Below, in pieces: positions 28,501 through 39,319 of a stretch of DNA of 64,000 nt (position 1 is its first letter; each line of letters starts with the position of its first letter). The DNA lies in the IMG/VR virus record IMGVR_UViG_3300031957_002643, positions 62,001 through 126,000 of that record; one strand, 5' to 3'. The notes beneath the pieces were generated by a model that saw nothing but the letters and a program-made list of their open reading frames with translations, did not search any database and was not told where the DNA came from. A program made the translations under genes and the position numbers.

Positions 28501-31273
28501 AGACTTGGCCCGTATCACCAAAATACAATGATGCGGTGCCTGCTGTGCCACCAAGAAGAAGACCACCAGCATTACCGCCAGAGTTATTGTCTTGAATAAC
28601 AAAATCGAATGGCGTTAATGATGGTGTTCCTTCGCCTGAATTTACAGTTACGTGCAATGGTGCACCCGGTGCTGCTCCGATTCCTAAAGCATCAGCAGTC
28701 AATCCATCATTATCAAAGGAACTTACAACAGAACCATTATAAAATACTTGAACTCCGCCCGATCCGTCATTTATTCTAAAACCATTATCCTGTGTTTTAG
28801 AAAGCATAAACCAGTCTGAAGTAGTTCCATCTTCATATATTGAAAGACGGTCTGAATATGTGTTGGTGCTGGTATTAAAGTCTAAAGAAGTTCCACCAGC
28901 AATGACTGAACGTGTCGGGTATTGTGAAACATTACCAAGTTTTATAGGAACATGTGCTTCGTGAAATAAAATTTCCCCAAGCTGGAAATAATCACCCGCA
29001 CCGGCACCAAATGTTGTGAAAAATCTTACTTGAAAACTTCCATTCGCATATGGAGAAAGATCAATTGACGCCGTTCTCCAACTACCAGCAAGTGCAACAG
29101 TGGCCGCTGCGTCATCGCCGTAATCTCTCCACACTTCTATCCAATTAGTACCATCGTAAACTTCACAGACTGCTTGTTCAGTAATGCTATCATTTGAATA
29201 ATTTCGATACGCAAATGTCATGAAGATGCGGGTTTGACTATATGGATCGTCATCATCAATAGATACATCTGGATCAAAAACACGATATGACCCAATATCA
29301 ACAACCGGAGAAGTAACACGAGTGTCCAATCGGATTTGAATGCCTTTGTCTGTTTGCCATTCAATTAAAGTAGACGGAGTAACCCCATCTAGTTGAAAAT
29401 TGGTACCGCCATTTCTTTCATCAGCCGCCCATTCACCAAGATCACCTGTAATGTTTCCCGGCGATGTCGAGAGACCATCTGTGTTATTTGGAAAGCTTTC
29501 GGAATAAATTATACGTCCAACATTTAAGCCTTTAGCTTTGAAACTTAAATCAGTTTCGACATGACCAAGAGATTTGACCCTGAGACCAGTAAAGTTATCA
29601 CCGCTGTAATCGGCGCGAAGGTCCATAATATAGCGTGCTGCTGCCCTATCGGGATCACGCACTTCAATATGAGTAATCCCATTAGTTGTTGATGGTTCGA
29701 TTAATAATTGCGGATTACCACCTGTATTCATTAAAATCTGAGAACCTTGAACATCAAGTGTTCCAATAATATCAACGCCCGCAGAATCCACATTTATGAT
29801 TTGTGCACTGGAAACCGAAATACCGAAATTGCCAGCAGAAGGCCAATATACACCAGTGCCTTGGTCGGCATTCGCGTTCAATGCCGGACTTGCAGCGCTA
29901 CCATTTGCAAAACGAACTTCAGCGGTTCCGCTCAGTTCAAGGCGAGATGTAGTGATATCAAAAACTTCAGTTCCATTTAAATCAATATTGATTCTGTCAT
30001 CAGCAATAGAATATATTCTAGAGTCTTTATCAGCATCAAGATAAATGCTACCACCGTTTGTGTACAAATTAGCATTTCTATCAATTTCTAATAAGTTTGC
30101 AGTAAAGACACCCGCATCTGTTCTGGACTGTAGTACAAATGTTTCTCCATTTGCAGTTATTGTCCAAAGTTTTTCATCAACGCCCGCGTCTGTTTCGCGA
30201 ATATAAATCTGATTACCAGTACCTTCAAAATAATTGGTGCCGGTCCAAGTATTATTACTTGTAAGTCTACCAGTCGTGTTATCAACATATGCCTTAATGG
30301 ATTGTTGTGTAGCGAGAGCAAGTGAGGAGTTAGATACAAGATTATCTTCATCCAAAATCGCATCAACTCCGATTCCTGATGTGAGAGACAGTTTGCCAGA
30401 GGAGTCAACATTGAGAGCATCCGTTGCATCTACCGTAACAGTAAGTGCATTGCTAGTTTGAATCTTCCAAGGACTATTAACATCGGCCCCATCAGGTTGT
30501 TGAAAGTTAAGACTTCTGGACGCAGCAGAAATTAAAGAAAGTACAGAAACATTTGTCGTGGTATTTGTTGCTGTAATCGTACCAGTGCCCGTTACGTCAA
30601 CACTGGTAAGGCCGACATTCAATACTTCTGTTAAGCTCGAACCTGTATAAAATTTAAACGGTCTGGCATTGCTTTCAGATTCAAAAATAAAACCGGAATT
30701 GTTTTGTGCAATTCTGGTATTATATCCAGAGGTCACATCTTCAACATCGATACGAATTCGACCAACGGACCCACCATCATCATTTGAAATAATGATACCT
30801 TGACCAGACAGATTCCCCAACCCATGAGAATTGTCACCAACAGCAAGACTGCCGATTAACACATTATTACCAGCTTCATCAATGACAAACCGATTTACGT
30901 CACCGCCACCATCGTTCGTGGTAAACGTAGCTTGTCCTTGTGATGTAACAGCAAGCCATGGAATACTGTTGACATCAATTTCCAAAGAATTATCGACAGC
31001 CGTGATTTGAACTGCGGTAGAATTCGTTGTGTTGCCAAGAGTAAAGGTATTTGAATTATCAGTGTCAACAATCGTCAACTCACCATAGATATCAATACCC
31101 TGTGTGTAAACATGTGCGAACCGTTTGGTTGCGGAACCCAATGAGTAAGTGCCATCAACATCAGGAATGAAATCTGAATTGATTTGAGTATCCAAAGTGA
31201 TATCATTTTTGAAGCGGGTTGTTCCCGTTACAACTAGATCACCGAAAATTATTGTATCTGTTAATTTAGCCAT
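25517..31273 (-). CDS. long tail fibre (1918 aa) with C-terminal intramolecular chaperone (peptidase S74-like)
   Basis: Beta-rich G/S/T/N composition, GSGLDAD motif, C-terminal SDITLK...GIIAQEV...SVDYG plus coiled coil. Confidence 0.88.
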   Translation of the reverse strand: MAKLTDTIIFGDLVVTGTTRFKNDITLDTQINSDFIPDVDGTYSLGSATKRFAHVYTQGIDIYGELTIVDTDNSNTFTLGNTTNSTAVQITAVDNSLEIDVNSIPWLAVTSQGQATFTTNDGGGDVNRFVIDEAGNNVLIGSLAVGDNSHGLGNLSGQGIIISNDDGGSVGRIRIDVEDVTSGYNTRIAQNNSGFIFESESNARPFKFYTGSSLTEVLNVGLTSVDVTGTGTITATNTTTNVSVLSLISAASRSLNFQQPDGADVNSPWKIQTSNALTVTVDATDALNVDSSGKLSLTSGIGVDAILDEDNLVSNSSLALATQQSIKAYVDNTTGRLTSNNTWTGTNYFEGTGNQIYIRETDAGVDEKLWTITANGETFVLQSRTDAGVFTANLLEIDRNANLYTNGGSIYLDADKDSRIYSIADDRINIDLNGTEVFDITTSRLELSGTAEVRFANGSAASPALNANADQGTGVYWPSAGNFGISVSSAQIINVDSAGVDIIGTLDVQGSQILMNTGGNPQLLIEPSTTNGITHIEVRDPDRAAARYIMDLRADYSGDNFTGLRVKSLGHVETDLSFKAKGLNVGRIIYSESFPNNTDGLSTSPGNITGDLGEWAADERNGGTNFQLDGVTPSTLIEWQTDKGIQIRLDTRVTSPVVDIGSYRVFDPDVSIDDDDPYSQTRIFMTFAYRNYSNDSITEQAVCEVYDGTNWIEVWRDYGDDAAATVALAGSWRTASIDLSPYANGSFQVRFFTTFGAGAGDYFQLGEILFHEAHVPIKLGNVSQYPTRSVIAGGTSLDFNTSTNTYSDRLSIYEDGTTSDWFMLSKTQDNGFRINDGSGGVQVFYNGSVVSSFDNDGLTADALGIGAAPGAPLHVTVNSGEGTPSLTPFDFVIQDNNSGGNAGGLLLGGTAGTASLYFGDTGQVYDGGFIYSNTDRDMTFRASNADKMVLSSSALTMETGVSFASDYFNTTTNGFTIGDTGARASITASGSGLVINNSDNSNISIQSQGNTKIQYQLSTNKLVLADNTEFEVPTGVGTIAGSTWNNGWVRIGNSTIGWAFDNNEIYAAGNGTIGTISGSGGNLTLSPDGNIVANADITGNQHNIYNFDYAQFGNGASNVSADHVVYTYYEADRSADSDQSAVYGYTNSTFGTDNLAADRNRIGVYGYSDLTDGSTSANTYQLRPIGVYGRADVSSGYTDNIYAGYFESYVFGGAGAEAISAYGVYARARLDNAGSQANSLYGIFASALVTGDVDQTLSNAYSIRGLLDVNAGTVTTARIFEGYPDVEVGSTIGTLYGIDLDLKTSLDITPSNLRPIVIIADLAKNPRSDINGWLRVGGDGAFSNAASVLQVDDTATSGTGLTVNGGGGGGSLALFRRNIGADTSIEIHGGAGDPTITFDVGNNGADWSIGAADSSTFVIGTGGILTSAPILTLTSSAVDINDVNLTGVGDITMTGSTINLSGAMNFSGGNVGFKNGTNGYVGTNTNGSNSGYLEFFAATTGTRTGYIGFSDGTSHRIYSDDGSYFNFNVTPRVSGTPVAILSGAAFTGNISTTGTMTADQYISVNTSSRDKIRVWSSGNYAIGMQTGFTYGYLNNDYAMTFQMNNDTDRGFWWGHTDHTNAQGAMSLTVDGKLYVGNTISVGGNVVWHPGNDGAGSGLDADTVDGIQATQFLRSDTSTIKSAGTLKFDDSVICSFGTGNDFEIFFNGSNTYMDMNAGNLYIRDGTTTKYTFDDNGSFIIAQDSSIFNPTVNANSALRLSGSYGGGISFSDTAVSKIWSQSSGSEMHFSTNDGTAYDIKFDGNGNFTATGNVTANSDITLKTIIGVIDRPSLIDELNVIEFDWKDGRGRSIGIIAQEVKNTAPELVITGTDGILSVDYGKYAVAALYEEKKKREALENKIERLEVLVQNLMEKINGSSS

Positions 31274-34200
31274 TTATCGCGTCAGAGATTTGTCTTACTA
31301 CTAAGCTACCATCAAATGATCTCTGCATTGCAGAGTTGTTCGATTGTAACTTGTACAAAGTATTTATCTCTTTAGCCGATAGTGCTCTAGAAAAGATCAT
31401 ACATTGACTAACTGATCCATCTAATCCTTCTGCGCCCCACGACGCATCACCAATTCTAACGTTCTCATCGCCAGTCGTCACGAAAGTTATAGACTGTGAT
31501 GCGCTGTTGTCCTCAGCCCCATCCACATAAATTTTGTAATCTGTTCCATCGTATGTGATGACGAGATGATACCAGTCTGTTGTGTCTGGTGAAATACTAC
31601 TAGTCACGCCCTTCCATGTGGCACTGTTATCATCGTAACTTTGAGCATTAAATTTACCACCGGTCGTATGACAAATAAAGAAAACGTTCTCCCACGCAAA
31701 AATTGTTTCTCTTTCAGAGATGGTCTGTTGGTCCAATTTCACCCAAACACTAGCGGTCAATTCAGTTGTAATATTGCTATAAGGAAGAGCATCATAGTCA
31801 ATATAATAATCACTGGCACCACCGGCAGTGTTGTCAAATCTATATGCACCACCATTCGACATATTATTGATTCGTGTTGGTTCTCCATTCCCAGAAAATG
31901 TAACAGTATAATCTGACACTGTTCCCGAAATCTCCCTAACGCCAATATCGAGAGGCGTCCAAAAAATCAGTTCATCTGTATCATCAATTCCGACTTCGGT
32001 TATCTTCTCAACATGAATAACCCCTGCTCTTGTGGGGACTTCGAATTCCGCGTATGAAACCGAATGCAATTCGGTTGAACCATAAATCAAGTTTTCATTT
32101 CCACCAGAGTCATCAACATATGCAAGCATCGGATCAGAGCAAACAAAGTGCCATCCTGCGGTATTGAGGTACGTCCCATCGGTGGTGATTTTTAAATGCG
32201 TCGGAAATGCTTCTCCATCAGTATAGACACCACCACCAGTTACATTTTCGGTCCCAATCAATGTGCCAGATGGATTATAAACCGAAACAGTTGCACCCGA
32301 CTTTATTCCAACAAATGCTACAAATTCAACAGTTTCCGCCAACACGAATTTGGTCGCCATTGCAGTTCTCGGAGCAAACAATGATGATTCGCTTCCATCC
32401 CCATCCCCTTGCGATTTTGCTGAGATAGGATAATCGGCTATGATCTTTAGAGACGGGCCAACGAAACTTCCGCCACCAGTCGGAATACTGTAAGATGCAT
32501 TTGCACTTATTGTGGTTGTCGAGACAGTTCCATCACTCTCATATAAAGTTACATTGGTAGATTGATTTCCTGCTGTGATAAATCCACTAGTCGGGATACC
32601 ATACAACTCTTCTCTTGCAGGAAATAATGCCATCGAGTCATTATTCGCGTTAGCAATAACATGAACCAATAACGGTTCGGTGGCTAAAATTAGATATGAC
32701 CCTGTTGAAGTAATGGAGAAGGTTTCCATAGTAAATGATGATATACTTCCAGATGTTGTTAGCGATCCATTTAAATATATTTCGTAATCAGAATCGTAAT
32801 CCAATGCGAATAGTTTGAATTCACCATTTAGATTTCTACCAAAGTAATATAAAAACTCTCGACCTTCCCAAGAGGTGGGTATCAAGTTTGCGTAAGTGCT
32901 AGGACCAACGAATTTTTTGTCTGCTGTGATGATATCACCTTCAACAGTACTGATGCTTTTTGTTGTATAGGCTGTTGTGGTTGTTCCTTGCGAAACGCCA
33001 TTTTTGAAAAATTCAGTGTTGTCCTCATAACTGACAAAATCATATGTGCTGTCTGCAAAGACCACATATTCTTTGTTGTCTACTGGTTTCCTTAATGGTT
33101 CCATGCGTATTGAATTGGATCGAAGAGAACTATCGGAACTAAGCTTGGCTCTATTCGTGTATATTTCAGTTCTAGCATCGCCATCTAAAATAGATGCATA
33201 AATTCTTACATCGCTCAAATCACCAGTATAATATCTTAAACTCGATGCATCTCTACCTATGTAAAAAGTGGATGCGACCTCGGTTTCAGTTGTATATGTC
33301 TTAGATGTATTTTCAATTTCTACATTATCCAGATATGCAGTTAGTGTTCCATCGGATTGACGGCTTACAATCAAATTATGCCATTCGTTTAATGATGGTG
33401 ACGCCAATACTTCATTGACGTTAACACTATAAAATCTCAAATCATTATTATCATCAATAACAATACCAAAAGAAAATGCATCGCCAACATTATTAAGTGC
33501 AAGTAATGCATTGAACACACTTCCTTGATCGTCATGACCGGCAGTTCTAAACCATAAAGAAATAGTGAAATCGGCATTCACTATTTTTTTCAACCTGTTA
33601 ACATCAACATCTGCTATGGAAATACTACTGGAAGAAGCAGAATTAAAAATTCCATATCTGTAATTGACTGCCGAATCTATTTGTCTGGTTGGCGTTGACC
33701 AATCAGTACCAGTGGATGTTCCATTCTGACCGTAGCCTGAGCAATCGTTGGGGGATTTTTCAAGCTTCCAATGGCCAACAAGACCACGAGCAATATCTTT
33801 GATTTCTTGAATATTTAAAACTGAAGGATATACTCTGAAATCATTAAACAATATCTCAGCATCACTATTAAAAAGTCTTATTTTTCTTGATGGATATGAT
33901 GGATATACTATGTCACTTCTATTGGAAACTTCGTCTCCATTGACGTAAACGATCAATATATTGGCATTTTTAACAATCGTAATATGATACCATTCATTCA
34001 ATATGAAATCAGTTCCCGATCCGCCCTCTCCGAAATCCGCAGGACCCGAGTTGACGCCTGAAGTGATTCCGATGTCCGTATATCTCAGATGTAGTTTTTG
34101 TCCGATTTGTGCTATAAGGGGTGATCGATATTCTGATGTATTGTCCGATGATGCCAAAAATAATTGTTTATATGATGCAGATGATGCATTCATTTTCATC

Positions 34201-34397
34201 CAAAAGCAAATTGTATGGTGGTCATTGTTAAGAGCATCGCTTTCTTCAAAATCTACATATCCACTAGTTTGAACATTAACGGCTGAACCAATTTTACCGT
34301 CAACATAATTCATTGATCCTGAAGCTATAGGGTCACTTAACAAACCTCTGTTTTCTAATGCTTCTTCTGTAAATGCCCAAATGTATGGAATACCCAT
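31266..34397 (-). CDS. LamG/concanavalin-A-like multidomain virion protein
   Basis: Three LamG-like repeats (NEWYHITIV, NEWHNLIV, DWYHLVITYDG...IYVDG; FSRALSAKEI). Confidence 0.8.
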   Translation of the reverse strand: MGIPYIWAFTEEALENRGLLSDPIASGSMNYVDGKIGSAVNVQTSGYVDFEESDALNNDHHTICFWMKMNASSASYKQLFLASSDNTSEYRSPLIAQIGQKLHLRYTDIGITSGVNSGPADFGEGGSGTDFILNEWYHITIVKNANILIVYVNGDEVSNRSDIVYPSYPSRKIRLFNSDAEILFNDFRVYPSVLNIQEIKDIARGLVGHWKLEKSPNDCSGYGQNGTSTGTDWSTPTRQIDSAVNYRYGIFNSASSSSISIADVDVNRLKKIVNADFTISLWFRTAGHDDQGSVFNALLALNNVGDAFSFGIVIDDNNDLRFYSVNVNEVLASPSLNEWHNLIVSRQSDGTLTAYLDNVEIENTSKTYTTETEVASTFYIGRDASSLRYYTGDLSDVRIYASILDGDARTEIYTNRAKLSSDSSLRSNSIRMEPLRKPVDNKEYVVFADSTYDFVSYEDNTEFFKNGVSQGTTTTAYTTKSISTVEGDIITADKKFVGPSTYANLIPTSWEGREFLYYFGRNLNGEFKLFALDYDSDYEIYLNGSLTTSGSISSFTMETFSITSTGSYLILATEPLLVHVIANANNDSMALFPAREELYGIPTSGFITAGNQSTNVTLYESDGTVSTTTISANASYSIPTGGGSFVGPSLKIIADYPISAKSQGDGDGSESSLFAPRTAMATKFVLAETVEFVAFVGIKSGATVSVYNPSGTLIGTENVTGGGVYTDGEAFPTHLKITTDGTYLNTAGWHFVCSDPMLAYVDDSGGNENLIYGSTELHSVSYAEFEVPTRAGVIHVEKITEVGIDDTDELIFWTPLDIGVREISGTVSDYTVTFSGNGEPTRINNMSNGGAYRFDNTAGGASDYYIDYDALPYSNITTELTASVWVKLDQQTISERETIFAWENVFFICHTTGGKFNAQSYDDNSATWKGVTSSISPDTTDWYHLVITYDGTDYKIYVDGAEDNSASQSITFVTTGDENVRIGDASWGAEGLDGSVSQCMIFSRALSAKEINTLYKLQSNNSAMQRSFDGSLVVRQISDAING

Positions 34398-34398
34398 G

Positions 34399-36954
34399 TT
34401 AACCTACGAAGTTAAAGTCCAAGCTGTCACTAACAGCATTATATACGATCTCAAATTTCTTATTATTTGAAGTATCGTCAATACTTACCTTCTCAGTCTG
34501 AACTTCATTATCAATATGTGCCGTTGTAGCAACATCAAGGGATGATCCAACATTCAAAGCACCAGAAAATTGCCAATACCCGTCATCTGCATCGAATCTC
34601 AAATCTTTCGCTGTATCAAATGCACCACCATCATATGGGATTATTGAGAAACGGTCTTCTACGGTGTCATGCACCATTTTTACAGCACCCTCACCAGAAC
34701 CCCATGTTATCTCAATTCCAGTGGTGATAACATCATTTGCATCTGATCGAAGAAATTGAGTTGAGTCCAAGGAGTCCAAGGTATCGGCATCAATACCATT
34801 GCCAGAACCTTCATCGGCAGTTGTTAGGACCCGAGACCCATTTGCTCTGACTTCGCCTGTCCCACCCGTAGTCAACAATATATGGCCATTGGTGATTTCA
34901 TTTTCGATGGTTAAATCATTGCTTGCTGCACTAACGTAACCAATACGACCTGAGCGCGTGGATAATGATGCATCTCTCGCATAAAATCCAAAATACACAT
35001 GATCACTAGAACCATCCGTTCTAAAGCGAACACCTATTGGTCCACCATCGAAATAGTTGTCTTCAGTAAAAGTATTAAGTGAAACAAGACGAGAATACCG
35101 TGTATCATTGTAATCACGATCACCAACATGAGAACCTAATGTTGGGTCAGTTGGTGATGATAGGAAACCAGACAACGTGACATTTCCAGTAACGTTTAAT
35201 GCACCACCAATATTTAACTGGTCATCAAACGCCCATGTTCCGTCATCCGCATCAAAGAAGAATTCTTTTCCGGTATCATATGCACCACCATCATATGGTC
35301 GGAAATATGTCGCATTCTGCGCGGCGACATGCTCGATGGACACGGCACCTTCGGCATTCCCACCGAAGAATAGTGTAATATCGGAAACGATTGTTGAATC
35401 ATTGTCACGTCTTACAAAGACACCACTGTTCAAACCATCCAGAAGATCGGCATCAAGTCCTGATCCTGATCCATCAACCGTTAAGAGTTTGGCCAACACA
35501 TCAGCAGCCGTGTAGGACGCTGCTGGAAGGTAATACGATCCCTCTTGGCCATCTAGGGTATCAGCATCCAATCCGTTACCAGAGCCTTCGTCAGCAACAG
35601 TGAGAACACGATTACCACTAATGACAAGCTGCTCTCCCGAAATATCAAATGAGAATACGGTAGTGTACCCTGAATTTCTAAATGCGATACCAGAATCATT
35701 TAATGACGTGATGGTTAACGCATTAGTATGATCAATCCACAATGCACCACCCGAAGAACGATACAATTTGGTACCATCATCAGCGCCCAGATTGTTTTTG
35801 AAAATAATTTCAACCGCATTGTCTATATTAAAATCACCAGTAAGAGTATCACCAGAAGCATTCAAATATCGAGCATCATTATATCCCCTATCACCAATAT
35901 GATCATCTGATGTTGGATCACCCACATTGCCGATAAGCGAACCGCTTGGCGTCCAATAATCATTGGTTTCGTCCCAAAGCCAAGTTACATTGGTTTCGGT
36001 TCCGCGCTCAACTTCTAAGCCTGAGTTTTCTGTCGGCGTTCCAGTAACGTCATTGTTGAGAAGAATGATGTTGTCACCGGTAGAAATAGTCGTGGTATCA
36101 ACAAAGGTGGTCGATCCATTAAACGTCCAATCACCAGTGATTGTTGCATTCTCGTCTTTTCGTGGAAATGCGCTTGCATGATATGTATCGAGAGTATCAG
36201 CATCAAGACCCGATCCTGATCCATCATTGGCAGATGTCCAAACGGTTGCGGCAGAGCCACCTTCAAACAATTCCAATGAATAATCATTCGCGCCATTTCT
36301 CGTGAACCTCATTATAAGGTCTGAAGAATCAGAAGAATATTTTAAAGTATGTTGGTTAGAACCATCTAGACCAGAAAGTCTAGTAGCAGTATTTGATAAG
36401 GTAACTTGTCCAGAAAATTGCCAGTTTCCCGTAATTCCAGCATTTTCCGATTTGCGAGCAAATGCAGATGATGTGTAACCATCCAGAGTATCAGCATCAA
36501 GTCCATTGCCTGATCCAGTATCAGCAGTTGTTAGAATACGACTGCCACCAAGATAACCTTCACCAGCATTGTCCATTCTGAAACCAACATCTTTGGTTCC
36601 ACCAATGGTAATGTTTAGAGAACCATCCGACCCATCAATCCAAAATCGCTTGTCGGTAAACGTTGAACCATCGTAAAAGGCTAGACCACTCGTGTTTCCA
36701 TAATTGGTTAGATGTAAATCGCCATAAACCGTTCCAGAATAATCTGAACCGATGATCAAATCATCCCTTGCCTGAATTCGTTTCGTGACATCAAGAATGT
36801 TATTCGTTTCGGAAATGTTGACGAGAAGTCCGTCAGTCGTTCCGACAAATTGAATGTCACCATTGGATGCGACTTGAAGTTCTGTGGTCGAAGATACGGA
36901 ACCAGAGAATTCAATTTTAGCCTGACCCGGAATTATTAGAATATCGTTAGCCAT
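34399..36954 (-). CDS. tail fibre protein with G(S/N)G(L/I)DADxLD repeats
   Basis: Five such motifs; SGLEVERG module. Confidence 0.8.
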   Translation of the reverse strand: MANDILIIPGQAKIEFSGSVSSTTELQVASNGDIQFVGTTDGLLVNISETNNILDVTKRIQARDDLIIGSDYSGTVYGDLHLTNYGNTSGLAFYDGSTFTDKRFWIDGSDGSLNITIGGTKDVGFRMDNAGEGYLGGSRILTTADTGSGNGLDADTLDGYTSSAFARKSENAGITGNWQFSGQVTLSNTATRLSGLDGSNQHTLKYSSDSSDLIMRFTRNGANDYSLELFEGGSAATVWTSANDGSGSGLDADTLDTYHASAFPRKDENATITGDWTFNGSTTFVDTTTISTGDNIILLNNDVTGTPTENSGLEVERGTETNVTWLWDETNDYWTPSGSLIGNVGDPTSDDHIGDRGYNDARYLNASGDTLTGDFNIDNAVEIIFKNNLGADDGTKLYRSSGGALWIDHTNALTITSLNDSGIAFRNSGYTTVFSFDISGEQLVISGNRVLTVADEGSGNGLDADTLDGQEGSYYLPAASYTAADVLAKLLTVDGSGSGLDADLLDGLNSGVFVRRDNDSTIVSDITLFFGGNAEGAVSIEHVAAQNATYFRPYDGGAYDTGKEFFFDADDGTWAFDDQLNIGGALNVTGNVTLSGFLSSPTDPTLGSHVGDRDYNDTRYSRLVSLNTFTEDNYFDGGPIGVRFRTDGSSDHVYFGFYARDASLSTRSGRIGYVSAASNDLTIENEITNGHILLTTGGTGEVRANGSRVLTTADEGSGNGIDADTLDSLDSTQFLRSDANDVITTGIEITWGSGEGAVKMVHDTVEDRFSIIPYDGGAFDTAKDLRFDADDGYWQFSGALNVGSSLDVATTAHIDNEVQTEKVSIDDTSNNKKFEIVYNAVSDSLDFNFVG

Positions 36955-36994
36955 TCGTTACCTCTATGGTTTATTTATCAAATGGCCTTCGCAC

Positions 36995-37026
36995 AAAAGA
37001 AAACGGCCCGGATGGTCCGAGCCGTT
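36995..37026 (-). terminator. rho-independent terminator
   Basis: Minus strand: AACGGCTCGGA-CCA-TCCGGGCCGTT-TTCTTTT. Confidence 0.75.
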
Positions 37027-37048
37027 CTCAATTCATATGAAGTTATTA

Positions 37049-38992
37049 TTACTTCAACTTACGTGCAACACGCTTCTTCCAGTTGCCACCCATGGCAACC
37101 AAGTCCATACAGACCTGATAGTTACGGATAGAGAACGGTTCATTCGCCACACCTGTTGTGTAAATTTCACGAATGAAGTTGAGAAGGTCTTCACGAGTTT
37201 CCATATCGACGTGATCGTGTTTGAATTTGTCGATAATGGTTTCGACGAAATCAATAACCTGATTATTGGTAACACTAACGTTGAAGATGGTAGCACGAGA
37301 ACGAACAGCATCATCCAACTGATCTTCCGTCAGGTTGGAAATGAAGATGATGCGACCTTCGAAGTGAATTTTGTTTGGAAGCTTCACGCGACCAGCATCA
37401 AGAGCCTTCAAAATCTCATTTTGGAAATAAGATTTAAACTTCTGCCAATCGTTTCGTTCTTCCTTGTTTTCTTTATCATACGGGTTCACGATATCAGGAT
37501 CATCGAGGCTGTCCAAGGAGTCAAAGAAATCAGAATATTGTGGGAATGCCTTTTTCAGTTTTTCTTTAGCCCAATACAGAGGATCATCGTAGAATGAGCG
37601 AATGAGATAAAGTTCGCGTTCACGATCTTCATAGGACATCTTAGCAGTATCAATAGTTCCTGCCTTATCACGAGAAATTGCACGAACACCACCGCCAGTT
37701 TGAAGAGCAGCCTTCAGGATGTTAACAGCTTCCGGGTCTTTCCACATGCTATCACAATCATCAAACACGATGAGCTTGTCATAAGAGACAAAGAGGCGTT
37801 CAAACAGCTTGGTTGTGGTCGTACCACCTTGAATGACGACGAAATCTTTACCTTCTTTGAGGCCGTATCTATTTTCAATTTCGCCCATGACAGTATAAGA
37901 CTTACCAACACCCGGAGCACCAGTCAAAATAACAGAGTGAGCTGTCTGTGAAGTACCACTAATGATACCACCAACATACGCCTTCATTTCATCCATCTGT
38001 TCTTCCATGTCACCATCATCGCCATCATCCAGACCAAGCTGAAGCTGACGATCAAGCATCATTTGGATTGCATTAATGGAAGCACCAACATCAACACCAA
38101 GTTTCTTGATAGAAAAGAATTTACCGTCCTTGATACCAGTAACGATCAAGCGGCCCTTTTCATTGAGCTTACCCAACAGGTCCATATCGCGCTGCATGCC
38201 GCGAAGACGGGTTGCACGGTCGCGAATTTCTGGGTCTTCTTCGTCTGTCTCAGGATTGTAATCATCGTCAACGTCACCCCCACCTTCGGCACCAGCAGCA
38301 CCAGCTACATCATCATGTTCACGTTGACGTGCAGCTTCTTCTTCCGGTGTAAGAGCGCGTTCACCCGGAGCAAGTTCACGAGAAAGGTTCCAATATGATG
38401 TACGATGAGGAGAATAGTTCCTGCGAATTTCACCGGGAACCTGAACATCAAAAGCAGCAGCAATGCGTTCGATTTCAGCCCAAGAAAGACGATCAACCTC
38501 CATCAGTCCAGTATCATCGTGTTGTGCGATGAACTCTTTGGCCATTTGAAGGAACTCACGAACAGAAGTACGTTTAGCCATTTCGGAAATAACTCGCGAT
38601 TCTTTAAGATTGAGATCGTATTCGCCCGGTTTTGGGTTTTGTATTTGACGAACAAGCATCTTTATAAAGTATTTTGAAGAAATGTCAACCGGTAATTCAA
38701 TAGTAAAGTCTGGTGCCCATGGTCCATCAAAGGTTTTCCAAACATAAACCTTTGAAATTCCAGCAAAACCATGAACTGATCCTGCGGAAAGGCCAATCAT
38801 ATGACCATCATTTACGGCAAAGATGGCGACCAGTTCTCGTGGGTCTTCGGCATTTTGCAAAACACGATTGGGACCACCATAGCGGGTCAAATAAAGGCCT
38901 TGCTTGCTAAGCATTTTGACAGTTTCGCCAACTGACTTTTGAAAACCTGCTGTTGAAATCGTGTTACCTGAAACGAACTCTCTTAAGCGCAT
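37049..38992 (-). CDS. multidomain protein with C-terminal AAA-type ATPase
   Basis: GAPGVGKS, IVFDDCD, IIFISN...RSR; start MRLREF after AGAGGA. Confidence 0.85.
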   Translation of the reverse strand: MRLREFVSGNTISTAGFQKSVGETVKMLSKQGLYLTRYGGPNRVLQNAEDPRELVAIFAVNDGHMIGLSAGSVHGFAGISKVYVWKTFDGPWAPDFTIELPVDISSKYFIKMLVRQIQNPKPGEYDLNLKESRVISEMAKRTSVREFLQMAKEFIAQHDDTGLMEVDRLSWAEIERIAAAFDVQVPGEIRRNYSPHRTSYWNLSRELAPGERALTPEEEAARQREHDDVAGAAGAEGGGDVDDDYNPETDEEDPEIRDRATRLRGMQRDMDLLGKLNEKGRLIVTGIKDGKFFSIKKLGVDVGASINAIQMMLDRQLQLGLDDGDDGDMEEQMDEMKAYVGGIISGTSQTAHSVILTGAPGVGKSYTVMGEIENRYGLKEGKDFVVIQGGTTTTKLFERLFVSYDKLIVFDDCDSMWKDPEAVNILKAALQTGGGVRAISRDKAGTIDTAKMSYEDRERELYLIRSFYDDPLYWAKEKLKKAFPQYSDFFDSLDSLDDPDIVNPYDKENKEERNDWQKFKSYFQNEILKALDAGRVKLPNKIHFEGRIIFISNLTEDQLDDAVRSRATIFNVSVTNNQVIDFVETIIDKFKHDHVDMETREDLLNFIREIYTTGVANEPFSIRNYQVCMDLVAMGGNWKKRVARKLK

Positions 38993-39016
38993 TGTTATTC
39001 CTCTGATTCTTTGTAC

Positions 39017-39045
39017 TTGACAAACACCATTTGTACGTATATACT
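39017..39045 (+). promoter_or_regulatory. sigma70-type early promoter
   Basis: TTGACA-17nt-TATACT. Confidence 0.75.
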
Positions 39046-39097
39046 TAGCACAGGAGTGGAATATCATGGAGTCAGAAATGACTCAGGAGAATGGAAA

Positions 39098-39319
39098 ATG
39101 TTACATCCTGTGATCGCAGCCGGTCTTTCGGAAGAACATGCCAAGGTATTTGATCAGATTGCTCTGAATAATTATCGTGATGGCGTGGACAAAACGAAGA
39201 TCAAAGACCTTGAATTGAAGCGACTTCTCGAACGAGACGAGATCGACAATATTCGTATACCATTGGCAGTTTTTAGCGAATGGGCCAATTACGATGACGA
39301 TGATCTCAACACAGACTGA
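39098..39319 (+). CDS. small early hypothetical protein
   Basis: MLHPVIAAG... after AGGAG, downstream of the promoter. Confidence 0.55.
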   Translation: MLHPVIAAGLSEEHAKVFDQIALNNYRDGVDKTKIKDLELKRLLERDEIDNIRIPLAVFSEWANYDDDDLNTD

